Counted from the stretch's first letter, positions 1-12,570 are shown. The stretch is DNA of 64,000 bases from Antedon mediterranea (GCF_964355755.1 NC_092677.1:25779175-25843174), one strand, 5' to 3'. The notes: generated by a model from the sequence alone, not told the origin. Made by a program: numbers and translations.

Positions 1-272
1 GAATTGGGATCCTGGTCTGGATTGCCTCCAATTTAATTCAAGTCATTTTTAATGTAGCTATACCCCTGGTCGGGCCCTGGCAGTGAGTGGATTTTGGTAT
101 TTTAAACGGGTCCGAAAATTAGTAAAATATAAAAAGTTGTGCCAGAATTGGGATCCTGTTCTGGATTGCCTCCAAAATGTAATGGAGTCTTCCGTGACCA
201 CGTACTCAGTCAGTTTTGACGTTTGAGGTAATAATAATGATGCCTCTTTATACTTTGCCGACGACGTCTTGA

Positions 273-626
273 TTAAAGATGTATTGTCCCAAAAAAAACT
301 TGAAAAATGAAGATTAATAAAATCAGACTTTAAATAGATTATTTTGTAGATTTGATAAAGTTAATCACTTTCGTAGAAAAAAAAACCGGGACAAAATAAA
401 TGTTTTCACTTATAAAATGACAAAATAAATTGTTAAATTCAACCAAAAACTCCTCATTGGCTGGCATCATCCAACTTGACAATTTCTTGTTTTAAATGAC
501 AGTTTTTTAGGTAAATACATTTTTTAGATCCATTTTTAAAAGTGGATAACCAATGTGACATTAAAATTGCATATTCAACAACAAATTGTTTAAGAATTAT
601 TTTTTCGGGGGACAATACATCTTTAA
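273..626. mobile_element. Kolobok-like non-autonomous element (TTAA target, TIR AGATGTATTGTCCC)
   Basis: ttaa-agatgtattgtccc ... gggacaatacatct-ttaa. Related copies at 12311-12570 and about 26226-26773; internal fragment at about 36654-36950. Confidence 0.75.
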
Positions 627-991
627 TATTGTCATATGTACACGTAAACAATAAAATAATAGCTCGAAAAGCAATATAATATTATTATTCATGTACACTA
701 AACAAAAAAACAAAACGGGCCTTATAAGTGACGTAAAAAATAACACATTGGGCATGCGCAGACAAACCAAACCAGTCAGTATATAATATATCAACGTCAG
801 CCGTTACTTCCACAAATTACAGTATTATAAATGATGATGTAAGTACCAGCAGTGACGTTCCGCTGCCAGTAGAATAGATCGATCTATAGAAACTACACAG
901 CAATGGATTTTATGATACGTTTCGAAAATTGAATCGGGTCACACGGGGGCACACAAAAACGCGATCCGTTCGACTGTTATTTTGTTCAAAA

Positions 992-3900
992 ATGGTAAGT
1001 TCAACAGTATATTTATTCATTCATCTTTTATTTCGGAAAAAAAATTCTCCATAGCTCAATAACAAATTAGTGTACATTATTATAAATATAGGTTTATAAT
1101 CAATTAAGCTACACACTACAGCATATACTAGATTAAACCAATATATGCACTGATTATATTTATAATTAAAATAGTATAAAAACCCATCTCGTTATTCGGA
1201 TTCAGTTTCATACTGTAGGCCTAATAGATTATGTGAGCAAACAATTCGGGAGGTATAGAATCAGTCATAAGTTTGATTGTATATGTGTAAAACTTGAAAC
1301 TTTTCTGTCTTATGTTTAATTTTAAAAGAACAATTTTAAGCTCTCCAAATCATGATGCTTTTCATGGTCAAACAAATCTTAGGCGCCCGCCTCCAAAGCA
1401 CGTTCGTTCTTCATTTTACATGGGTTATTCTTGAGGTTAAGCCGCCTTCTTCGATTGTTGCTGTGTACATCCGTATTAAATGTTGTACTTTCCAGATGCC
1501 TACTTCACATAATGACCTATTTACTTCCTGGTATAACGCTCCAGCTATCATTATTCATGTATTTCTCATCATCTATGCATATAAAAGCAGAGACACTGCC
1601 CTATACACATCGCTCAAAACACCGGCGTATTGTATGGTGGTGGTATTCTCCCCCCTCTGGCGTCCGTGCGCGCCCCTGGGGTGTGTTAGTGTAACTCAGT
1701 TTTAATGTGAAAGGAAAGAAACCCGGAAAGAAATAGGCCTAAGCAAGGGCATTAAAAAACTATATCGTTTTCAGGAGATCGCAGAAGGGCTTAATATTCA
1801 TTCATTCATTAATTCATTCATTCATTTGTCCCACGTACAATAATAGGAAACAATACATATTATAACATTTAAGTAGTAGTAACAGCAAAATAATTATATG
1901 CAAAAAAGGCAAATCTTACAAGGTTATTCATTACTTTTTTCTTTTTGTTTTTCATAAGTAAAATAAATTTTTTATTTGTTGGTTGATTAAAATAATATTG
2001 TTTTAAAAAGGAGTGTTTATAATTTCGTTGTAGTACGGACATACTAAAACAAAGTGATATTCATTTTCAATATAGGCCTATATTATAGACACTATTAATA
2101 TTATTATTATAATTATTCACTGTATCTTTTATTTCCAAAAAATATTAAAATTAAGTGGCAGCCAAATAAAGCAATACCATTGTGGTATATACGTACTTAA
2201 TAATATTACCAAAAAAAAAACTAACAAAAGAAACCGTACAAAACAACGACAATATTCGCTAAAAAATATCGATGTCTATGTAAAATATAATTATCATACC
2301 ATATTCACAAATGAATTAAAATTAAGCTTGTTTCCCACTAGCGACGCAACGTAACGCAACCGACGCAACGTAACAAAAATAATCCTTGGTTCTCACTAGA
2401 ACGTAACGCAAGGAAGTAAGCGTGGTTCCCATAAAGCGTGGTTCCGACTAGCGACGCAACGCAATGACGTAACGCAACGCAAGTGAATTGACCAATCACA
2501 AGCGATGGCTTATTCGCTTGTGATTGCTAACTGTCTATAACTTCGCTTGTCATTGGTTAAAACGCTTGCGTTGCGTTTACGTCCTTGCGTTACGTTCTAG
2601 TGGGAACCACGCTTTAGCGACGCAACACAAGGACGTAACGTAACGCAAGTGAATTGATGGCTTATTCGCCTGTGATTGCTAACTGTTTATAACTTCGCTT
2701 GCCATTGGTTAAGCTTGGTTCCCACTAGAACGTAACGCAAGGACGTAAACGCAACGCAAGCGTTTCAACCAATGACAAGCGAAGTTATAGACAGTTAGCA
2801 ATCACAAGCGAATAAGCCATCGCTTGTGATTGGTTAATTCACTTGCGTTGCGTTACGTCCTTGTGTTGCGTCGCTAGTGAGAACCACGCTTTAAAACGCT
2901 CGCGTTGCGTTTACGTCCTTGCGTTACGTTCTAGTGGGAACCAAGCTTTAATTGTGTTTTCCCCCGCCTGCGTGAAATGTTTGCAGCACTGTTGTGTCGT
3001 CGGGTCCCACTTGTGATTACGCAATACAGAACTTTCCGTCGATACGTCGCTGCGTTGCGTTGCGTTGCGTTCTAGTGGGAACCACGCTTTATTGTTATTA
3101 TCATTATATTCATACATTGTCCTAGTTACTTTAACAATCAATTCTATAAGTTATATTGCTTTCATTTATTAGCTATAAAATTATATTATTATAGGTTCAT
3201 GTGCAAAAATATTAATTTATAGCAAACGATCGACTTAACAAAGTTCACTATACTTTTATATCATTCAATATCTAAAATTTTTATCTGATTCAATCGAAAA
3301 ACATCTTTATAGGCCTATATACTTTTGAAACAAAATTTGAATAACCATTTGTTTGTGTTTTTTAAAGCTTAGGGTAGTTATACAACGATGTCGAAGTTAT
3401 TACATTTCATACTGTATATTTTTTTTATTAACATTCCAGATGTTCAGAAGGAAGAAAACAATACTTATTGGAATATTAACCACTGTTGCATTCTGGGTGA
3501 TTGCTGTTGTTCAGTACGAACAAAATGTTTTAACTCTAAATTTAAATAAATATTACGGGCGTGGAACTTTACGAGAAGTTAATATCAGGTAGGGTATATA
3601 CTCTTCATTTATGATGAGCCTCCGATGTGATTGGTTGAATTAACTGCGTTGCAGTACGCGTGCTGTGCAGCCCTCCTCTCCCCTCCCCCACACTCGTACA
3701 ACCTTGATAGATCAAACTACATTGTTGTGTTTAATTTTGTCCTAAATTAACTAACTAAACTGAATTGCATTTCTCTGTTTAATTGTGTCCTACAACAACT
3801 AACTAAACTGAATTCCTCTGTTTATTTTTTTCCTAAATCAACCAACTAAACTAAACTGCATTCCTCTGTTTAATTTTTTTGTCCTAAATCAACTAACTAA

Positions 3901-6900
3901 ACTGAACTTCATTGCTGTGTTTTATTTTGCCCTAGACAACGGGCGACGACACGTACGGTCTTATAAAGCTCTGTCTACACTATCAAACTTTATGTGATGT
4001 GCCCACATATGGACATGATGTCATATCACTACCATATTTGGGTATATCACTACCATATTTGGGCAAAAATCACACTTTAAAAAAAAGTTTGATAGGTTTA
4101 GGCGCAACAACGCGACCAATCACGGACGTCCTGTAAGTGACGTGTGATCCATAGCATCCTGTTACTTTACAATCACAGGCGAATAAGCCATCAATTCACT
4201 TGCGTTACGTTACGTCCTTGTGTTGCGTCGCTAAAGCGTGGTTCCCACTAGAACGTAACGCAAGGACGTAAACGCAACGCAAGCGTTTTAACCAATGACA
4301 AGCGAAGTTATAGACAGTTCAAATTAGTCGTGGCGCGCTTGTTGTTTTTTCACCTTTATTTTCGTTGCTTCCAAAGTGGAAAAGTAATGCTTGGTTCACA
4401 CTAGAACGCAAAACAAGGACGTATACGCAACGTATCGCTTGTGATTGCTCAAATCGCTTAAGCTTGGTTAACACTAGAACGCAACGCAAGGACGTAACCA
4501 CAACGCAAGCGAGTTGACCAATCACACGCGATGGATTATTCGAACTGACACTTGATTGGTCAACACGCTTGCGTTGCGTTTAGGTCCTTGCGTTGCGTCC
4601 TGCGTGGGAACCAAGCCTTACGTTTAATTTCGATTGCGTTCTAGTAGGAACGAAAGCTTAATGAACAAGTTGTAGATCTAACAGGTAAATCTACCTTGAT
4701 TTATGTTTTTTATAATAATAATAAAAAATGATTTTTAAATATTCATATCTATTAAATTATTTAACAACAGTTACAGTCAAAACCAGGAAAGAGTGAAGGT
4801 AATATCACTCTTGGGTCAAAACCAAACACAACCGCATCGGCATGTTCCAACAACGGTATCGCATATGTCAAGGTATGGCTTCAATTCATTATCTGCAAAT
4901 TAACTTCACTTTTTTACTTAAGCTTGGTTCCTAAAGCGTGGTTCCCACTAGCGACGCAACACAAGGACGTAACGCAACGCAAGTGAATTGACCAATCACA
5001 AGCGATGGCTTATTCGCTTGTGATTGCTAACTGTCTATAACTTCTCTTGTCATTGGTTAAAACGCTTGCGTTGCGTTTACGTCCTTGCGTTACCTTCTAG
5101 TGGGAACCAAGCTTTACGCTACGCAAGCACGTACGTATGCCCAACGCAAGCGAGTTTACCAATCACGAGCGAAAATTCGGATGATCCATCGCTTGATTGG
5201 TTACATTGCTTACGCAATGTAAGAAAATGCCCTTCCAATAATTGTGTTTGCCCCCGCCTGCATGAAATCAAACCTGCGATGTTTGCAGCACTGTTGGTCG
5301 TCGGATCCCACTTGTGATTACGCAATACATCACTTTGCGTCAATACGTCGCTGCGTTGCGTTCTAGTGGGAACCACGCTTTAGTTTGTGTCACGCACGCC
5401 TAAAGCGTGGTTCCCACTAGCGACGCAACGCAAGGACGTAACGCAACGCAAGTGAATTGACCAATCACAAGCGATGGCTTATTCGCTTGTGATTGCTAAC
5501 TGTCTATAACTTCGCTTGTCATTGGTTAAAAAGCTTGCGTTGCGTTTACGTCCTTGCGTTACGTTCTAGTGGGAACCAAGCTTAAGCAAGCGACGAGATT
5601 TGGATTCGAACCTACGACCTCACAATCAGTATGTCCAACACACTGCACCACTGGCCCCCACTTGATCACAAAGTATATGTATCAATATTACATTATTATA
5701 TTATTATATTATTGTTTTAATCCATCAGTAGTGGATTCAACTCCAGTAACAATATTAAACCTCAGCCTCTAGCAGATCTACATTTTCATATTAATGTAAC
5801 AGCAGCATCGATATTAAGGTAGGCTTTATCTCATGGACTGTTTCTCCAAAAAGGTTATAGTGTATCTCACTGACCACGAAAAATACGCCAGCTCTCGCGC
5901 GATATGCGAACTATAGCGTGTAAAGCTTGGTTCCCACACTTGCAACCTAACGTAATGCAACCTACGCAACGTAAGAAAATGCCCTTCCGATAATTGTGTT
6001 AGCCCCCGTCTGCGTGAAATCAAACCTGCGACTTTACAGCACTGTTCCGTCGTCGGTTCCCACTTGCACCTTGCGTCGATACGTCGCTGCGTTACGTTCT
6101 AGTGGGAACCACGCTTACGCAACATAATCAAATGCTCTTCCAATAATTGTGTTTGCCACTTGTGATTACGCAATACATCGCTGCGTTGCGTCACTAATGG
6201 GAACCACGTTTTACGTACATGCAGTGCCTTGAGTCCTAGTGGGACCGAGCTTTAGCTTGCGCGAACGAAAAAATAAAGAACAGGCCTACACACACTCAGA
6301 AAAACGAGTTCTTGTTATTGTCCTCTCATAATGAAAAATAAGATGAATAAAATCAAACTTAGGCCATTTTGTAGTTTTAAAATTGTAAACAATATTATTC
6401 AATACATTTTGAAAATACGCCGAATGATTTACAATTTTTTAAGTAGTTTATACAAAATGTTTTTGTTTTTTTATCAAACAGTTTATTTAATTTTTGTTAT
6501 GCTGTCGGAAGTTCCCCAACATTATTCACAACATCACCTTAAACACTTGGTGTCAATCATGGACTTACGAAAGTTGGAAAAGCTCTTGAAAAACTCCATA
6601 AATACAGGAACTGATATAAACTACTTTAAAAGTATTCAAGTTATTATATTAATGACTAATCTAAATTTAGAGGCCAATTAACATTTGTGAGAGCCTCCCT
6701 TGAGCTTGGTTCCCACTAGCAACGCAACGTAACGCAACCGACCCAACGTAACCAAATGCCCTTCCAATAATTTTGTTTTCCCCCGCCTGCGTGAAATCAA
6801 ACCTGCGATGTTTTCAGCACTATTGCGTCGTCGGTTCCCACTTGTGATTACGCAATACGGCACTTTGCGTCAATACGTCGCTGCGTTACGTTCTAGTGGG

Positions 6901-9900
6901 AACCACGCTTTAGTTTGTGTCACGCACGCCTAAGCAAGCGACGAGATTTGGATTCGAACCTACGACCTCACGATCAAAGTACAAAGGTATTGTAACAAAC
7001 TCATGCATGCATTCGTGGTGTGAACTTCTTTTGAATATAGATAACCTTGAGCTGGTATTTAACCGTCATGTGTACTTATGTGTACTTCAAAGATATAATT
7101 GTCCCCCGAAGAACAAATGTACACTGTATTCAATTCAATTTCCTTGTCAGGGGGTTTTATTCGAACATAAATATCCCTCAGACCTGCGGTACACCCCGTG
7201 TAATTATTATTATGAAAGAACTGTTGAGTTTCTCAATGGTTCGATCAACATGCTTTGATCGTCCTCATGAGTGACAATGCAGACCAGGAAGATATAATGT
7301 GATTCAGGCCCTTATATTTCACAAAAGTAAAATTATGCCATTTCAATGTCACATAATACATGAATAGAATCGAAAAGAAACTTATTTACCTGAAAATTTT
7401 TTTTTTAAAGCAAAACATAGTTAGCTTGGTTGTTGAATCATGGAGGTATACAATTACCTCCATGTTTGAATTTAACCGTTTATTTTGTCTTTTTATAAGT
7501 GAAAACATTATTTTTCAGTATTTTTCTATACGGAAGTGAATATTATTAAAACGGCAAAATTGTCTAGAGTCTAGTCACATTATGATTTTATTCATCTCAA
7601 CTTCTCTTTAGTCAGCGTAAAACGCGATCGAATGGGGACAAGTTATTGTCTCGTAATTTTACCTGTAATTGACTGCGATTCGCAGTAATTAAGCCAGCAC
7701 CTACTAACAATAGATAACGTTTTGTCATGACAACGATAACAAGGTCATAACTAGATTTAATTCGTCACTATGACGAATTATAGGTTATATGCATTGATAA
7801 TTAAAATAAAGATAATTTATTTTTAAAAGATATTTTGATTCATTGATTTTCTCAGATTCTTTAAATAATATATAATATATGATAGGACCTTGCTAACGCG
7901 AATACAATAGCCGGTATCACAATCCGATCAAAGATCCCTCTGCGTATAATGTCATAAACCACATTTGCTGTTACATAATAATAAAGACATAAGTTATTTT
8001 TTATCTAGATTTCATTATAAATCATGTGTATAATATATACACTAAGAAATAAATTTGAACAAACAATACGGATAATAAAAAAAAAAATTTATTTCGTTTC
8101 CCAAGGTGAGACTCGATCTCGGTACCTTGAGTGCGATAGACACGAGCACACACCACCGAGCCATACACAACTGACTAAAAATTGTAGAAAAATTCCTCCG
8201 TGTATTTACTATGCAGTAACCACTTTGGTGCAGATAGATTATTACATACCGCAATGAATTATAATTTTTTACTATGATGACATCTCTAAAAATGTACAAA
8301 AATGATGCACTGTCAAACTATATACTTTTAACTTTAATATATGAACTTTTGAAGGAAGAAAGTTAATGTTAAGTTTGTTATTTTGGCCTAAGAAAATGTC
8401 ATAATTTGTTTGATTGTCGAAATGAATTTTTTTAAATTTAATATGCAATTAATTATGGCTTAATCAACTTTTGTTCCCTTAGTTTAATAATAAATCATAC
8501 ATAAGATACATACACTTCAAGAAAATTAAATAAAAAATATGTGTTCCCGAGCATTCTGACGATCTATATTAATTTTAAAATTTAGCATATTTTCACCATT
8601 TTGTTAACTTACACGTGCGTAGCCTGTCACTTTTGACGTGCTCGTATAACGCAATTACGCGTTGAAAAGTGAATAAAATATGATGATATTATTAAAGAAA
8701 GGTTGTACAACCGAAATCGGACAAAAAGAGTGCGCATTAACGTATAACGCGCAGTGCGCGTGCAAAAATCTGCGCACTCATGGCAATTTTTTAAACGCTT
8801 AAAATTGCCTGAAACGTACTCTAATTTCATCGAAAATAAATTTTGACAATTTTGAACATTTTAAGCGCGCGTACGCAAGCGTTATATGCGCTACGCACGT
8901 AATTGTATTGCCATATGATAAAATATGACCTGAAATTTATGAGTACCAAATTTTGTTTAATTGTGATTCATGCTTGTGAAGATATGATTACAAACGTGAT
9001 TTCGTAAAATCGCGCGTAGACCGCGTAATTTTTGATTACGCATCGTGAAAATATAACCACATCGATTCCTGGCCATAAGGAATATACTCTGAAAAATTGA
9101 CTTAGATAGATGAAACTGATATCAAGATAATTCACGGACAAAATAGTGCTAAGGAAAGAATAAATAAATAAATAAAGATTTTGACAGAATCAAGAGGTTA
9201 TATGCATGATAATGCATATAACCTAATAATATAACCATGGAGAAATAAGTTTCTCCATGATGATATAACTAAACAAATGAAACGGTTGAGTTGCAAGATA
9301 TTATATGATCAACAGTAAAATGAATTACAAGTATAGAAATAGACATTTTGCTATATTATCTTATGGAAAATGAGTGCTTCTTAATCCGTTCTAATCAACG
9401 TAGTTAAGCTTAGTTCCCACTAGTGACGCAACGTAGCGACGTTGGCACAACGCAAACGAGTTGACCAATGACAAGCGACAGTTCGAATAATTCATCGCTA
9501 GTGATTAGTCAAATCACTTACGTTGCGTTACGTCCTTGCGTTGCGTTCTAGTGTGAATCAAGCTTAATTCAGAACGCATTTGCGCTACGTATTCTTTTAG
9601 TTACGGTCAGTTGTTTGGCACATTGAGTTCCATGTCGACACATTGAGTTCCGTGTCGACACATTGAGTTCCGTGTCGACACATTGAGTTCAGTGTCGACA
9701 CATTGAGTTCAGTGTCGACACATTGAGTTCAGTTGGTGGGGGTTGCAATGCCAGGGCGCAGGGCAGTCTAGTACCAATACAATAATGGCCCGGGACTTAG
9801 AGGCTTGTTGCGACCTCCTAGTTCCAGTGGGAACCAAGCATTAAATCGTATATATATTTTGTATCCATTTTTAGAAGTGCATTGAATTACAGTGGAATTT

Positions 9901-11846
9901 CAACGTTCAACAACTTACAGGTATATCTGTACCCGTCTCCAAAAAAAGGAGCAATTACTATCACCAGAAAGAGACTACATGTTTTTCTCAGCCCCCAGCT
10001 GGAACACAGCATGGCGAGACCAGACGGATCACCATGGTTACCAGAAGCAGAGACATGTGCTGTCATTGGAAACGGAGGAATATTAATAGGGAGCAAGTGT
10101 GGAGATGAGATAGATGCACACGATTTGGTTTTCAGATCCAATATGGCCGACATTTCTGAATTTTTTGAAGATGTTGGTGGAAAAACTAATCTTATGAGTG
10201 TTAATATGGACAACTCGAAAAATTTAAATAAATGCGTGAGATTTTCTAAATGCCGCAGTAGATTATTACAATACATGAGACGTTTCAAAGGTACAATTTG
10301 GTGGTTTTCAAAATATGGAACGTTCGAGGCGAACAGTCATTATATTCGAAGTGTTATAGCATTAAGAAGATATTTACCCGGTACTATATACGGATACCCG
10401 AGAAAAAGTATGATACCCTTAATAGAAAAGTTAGTAGTCAAACTTTATTTTTGTCAAGTTAATCTCTTGTCCGTGCTTATTCTAATAGAGCTATTACGCC
10501 ATATATAATACCAAAGAACTTATAACACAAGAATCTCCTGTTCTTCAATTTGCATTCAAAACACAGTATCGGAAGTACAGGGTTAAAAGGTCAAACTGGG
10601 CGACGCCATTTCACAGCATGGAGCAGCGCCCCCTCCAAACTAGGAAGTCAATTACTCTACCCCCCTAGAGTATTAGCAGAACCCCTCTATGATTTTGACT
10701 TTCTAATTTGATGCGGGCGCCCTACTCCTCAGTCAATTACTCTACCCCCCCTAGAGCATTAGCAGATCCCCTCTATGATTTTGACTTTCTAATTTGATGC
10801 GGGCGCCCTACTCCATGTCTCACAATGGCGCCACCCATAGCTCTATTCTATCCCACAATGCCTTTCGAAATTGTTACGCGCTTCGGACGAACAGGAGATT
10901 CTTGTGTTATAAGTTCTTTGATAATACCGATACATTGTCTATTCAGCAGTCATTATGAATATTATACACAATTTTATTAATGATAAATATTAAGGCCTAT
11001 TTACACAGACGAGCGGCCCAACGGTAAAATTAAGCGGAAAACAAAAATATAGAATCTACTCTTACTTGAACGTTTACACGAAACTCGGAGGTTAAACGGA
11101 AACACGCTCAGGGTACAGATTTACGTGGGACAAGCACGCGATTTTCCGCTTACCGTTCGTCTGTGTAAATTGGCCTTTAGGACTAAATCGACCTTTGGCA
11201 GATTTTCCTCATTCTCACAGCAGATTTCCTCATCTTCATCGTTTCAATATGAATAGGCCTATTCACTACAGCATCACTGGACGGTTTAGTATTTCTTCTT
11301 ATACCTGTAAATGATGATGTATTTGAAAAAAATGATGAAAAAAAACAATTTAAGTTAAGATGATGACGCGCGCGTGTTACGTGCAGTGGCGTAATGCAGA
11401 AGCTTGAGGCCCCTGGTTTAGGGACGAAGTGGAGGCCGTTTTTATGATTTTTCAACATATTTTAATGCCTTATTTCTCCTCCGGGTCCTGCTCATGGGCC
11501 CTTAACTTGTAAGCTCCGCCGTTACACCACTGATTACGTGTCTATAAAGTCACGTAGTATATTATTTTATGATTATTTTTCTATTAGATTTTGGAATACA
11601 ACGAAGACACCATCGAGCGGTCTTTATCTACACGCCGTCGCCGCTTCAGCTTGTAAGAAGATTTCAATGTACGGGTTTTATCCCTTCAATCAGACGAAAT
11701 CCGGCCATGCTTTGCCGTTTCATTATTACGAAAAAGTGTCATTTAAGAATAAACACAATATACCAGAAGAGTATATGAAATTAGTTGAATTTAATAGAAC
11801 AGGTGTGATAAGATTGGTTACCAAACAATGTAGGCCTACTACATAA
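992..11846 (+). CDS. Alpha-2,8-sialyltransferase-like (ST8Sia family, GT29), spliced gene
   Basis: Exons joined in frame with GT-AG boundaries: 992-994 (ATG only, tentative), 3440-3588 (MFRRKK plus transmembrane ILIGILTTVAFWVIAVV), 4771-4872, 5729-5818 (INVTAASILR), 9875-10429 (sialylmotif L CAVIGNGGILIGSKCGDEIDAHDLVFRSN), 11588-11846 (sialylmotif S PSSGLYLHAVAASACKKISMYGF, motif III HYYE, motif VS HNIPEE, C-terminal Cys KQC typical of ST8Sia). Type II membrane topology. Confidence 0.9.
2324..3089. mobile_element. Nested cluster of PIF/Harbinger-like MITEs, family A (TIR AGC(T/G)TGGTTCCCACTAG)
   Basis: Several interdigitated copies of about 180 bp with long imperfect TIRs (gacgcaacgcaaggacgtaacgcaacgcaag), flanked by TAA/TTA. 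Confidence 0.8.
3735..3932. repeat. About 50-bp tandem repeat (4 units)
   Basis: gtcctaaat.aactaactaaactgaa..gcatt..ctgtttaatt repeated. Confidence 0.75.
4170..4660. mobile_element. Family A Harbinger-like MITE cluster
   Basis: Repeated tggttc(c/a)cactag and gtgggaaccaagc ends with the same internal sequence. Confidence 0.7.
4920..5382. mobile_element. Family A Harbinger-like MITE cluster
   Basis: Complete copy at about 4935-5113 nested in a related element ending gtgggaaccacgc at about 5378. Confidence 0.75.
5404..5582. mobile_element. Complete 179-bp family A MITE with TAA target-site duplication
   Basis: TAA(5401-5403)-agcgtggttcccactag...ctagtgggaaccaagct-TAA(5583-5585). The empty site cacgcacgccTAAgcaagcg is present at 6921-6940. 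Confidence 0.9.
5924..6912. mobile_element. Further family A-related MITE copies (about 5924-6115, 6120-6250, 6703-6909)
   Basis: agcttggttcccac...gtgggaaccacgc ends with a shared interior (aaatgcccttccaataattgtg). Other copies at about 9407-9564, 41946-42098, 54633-54773 and 63149-63338. Confidence 0.7.
7185..7290 (-). mobile_element. Degenerate third copy of the hammerhead-bearing Penelope-like repeat
   Basis: Shares gcggtacacc...aaagaactgttgagtttctc...tcgatcaa.atgctttgatcgtcctca.gagtga with 15090-15178. The core is mutated (AUGAGGA, GAAC). Confidence 0.6.
7749..9230 (-). mobile_element. About 1.5-kb Helentron-associated (HINE-like) element
   Basis: Minus strand: 5' hairpin aggttatatgcat-tatc-atgcatataacct, (ttta)n microsatellite, 3' subTIR atgcatataacct, hairpin aattcgtca-tag-tgacgaatt, then ctagtt. 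Confidence 0.6.
9618..9733. repeat. 20-bp tandem repeat (about 6 units)
   Basis: (cacattgagttc(c/a)gtgtcga)n. Confidence 0.9.
10512..10920. mobile_element. P-element-like MITE (TIR CAAAGAACTTATAACACAAGAATCTCCTGTTC), 7-bp TSD ATAATAC
   Basis: Perfect TIRs of about 32 bp; ataatac at 10505-10511 and 10921-10927; internal direct duplication of about 84 bp (10647-10728, 10731-10813). The superfamily call is an inference from the CAA terminus and 7-bp TSD. Confidence 0.75.
10993..11176. mobile_element. Harbinger-like MITE family C (TIR AGGCC(T/A)ATTTACACAGACGAGCGG), TTA TSD
   Basis: tta-aggcctatttacacagacgagcgg...ccgttcgtctgtgtaaattggcct-tta. Second copy at 54026-54222. Confidence 0.75.
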
Positions 11847-11875
11847 AAAAGGACAGGGTTAGTATTATGACGTCA

Positions 11876-12077
11876 GGGGTTGGGAACCAATTCTTGTGAC
11901 AGTATTGGTTTGGATGGTCTGTCATTGTGATTGGTTGAATTTATTGCGCGTACGTCCTTGTGGGGTGGGGAGCCAATTCTTGTGACCGTATTGGTTTGCA
12001 TGATCTGTCATTATGATTGGTTGAATTCATTGCGCGTACGTCCTTGTGGGGTGGGGAGCCAATTCTTGTGACAGTAT
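11876..12077. repeat. About 88-bp tandem repeat in the sialyltransferase 3' region
   Basis: ccaattcttgtgac.gtattggtttg...gcgcgtacgtccttgtggggtggggag, about 2.3 units. Confidence 0.8.
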
Positions 12078-12310
12078 CTATTATTAACGAGAAAAATATT
12101 AACATAATTAATAGGCAGACAAATTAAACAAAACCAGAATTACACTCTCGATTAATTATTCTGGTTTCAGTTATTAAATCGTTTCATAATTTTAATTGAG
12201 AGATATTTATAGCTTATAAACTATAATATTAAACACATTTATGGACACTTAAATATATATTCACTTAAAAATGTTAATAGTTTTTTAATATAATTTATTT
12301 ATGTATAAAG

Positions 12311-12570
12311 TTAAAGATATATTGTCCCCCTGAAAAAAATATTCTTTTTTATAAATTGTTGTTGCTGAATATGCTATTTTAGTGTCACATAATAGTTACA
12401 ACTTTGGCCAAAGATTGCATCGACAACAAAATTATTGAAACATTGTAATTTAAAGTAAAAAATATTCAAATTTTTTTAATTTTGTGAGTGAAATCATTAT
12501 TTTTTTTTTTCGATGGAAAAATGGTCTATTTATCAAATCTTCGTGTTTTTGTGGGACAATACATCTTTAA
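12311..12570. mobile_element. Kolobok-like MITE, same family as 273-626
   Basis: ttaaagatatattgtccc ... gggacaatacatctttaa. Confidence 0.7.

Noticed and set aside
2911-7258. Several 60-113 aa ORFs sharing peptides (AWFPLERNA, QLLEGHFLTL)
   Set aside because: They are translations of family A MITE copies, not a gene family.
8024-8299. ORFs and an apparent acceptor at about 8105 as a sialyltransferase exon
   Set aside because: Exon 5818 joins 9875 in frame without it, and the region lies inside a Helentron-type element.
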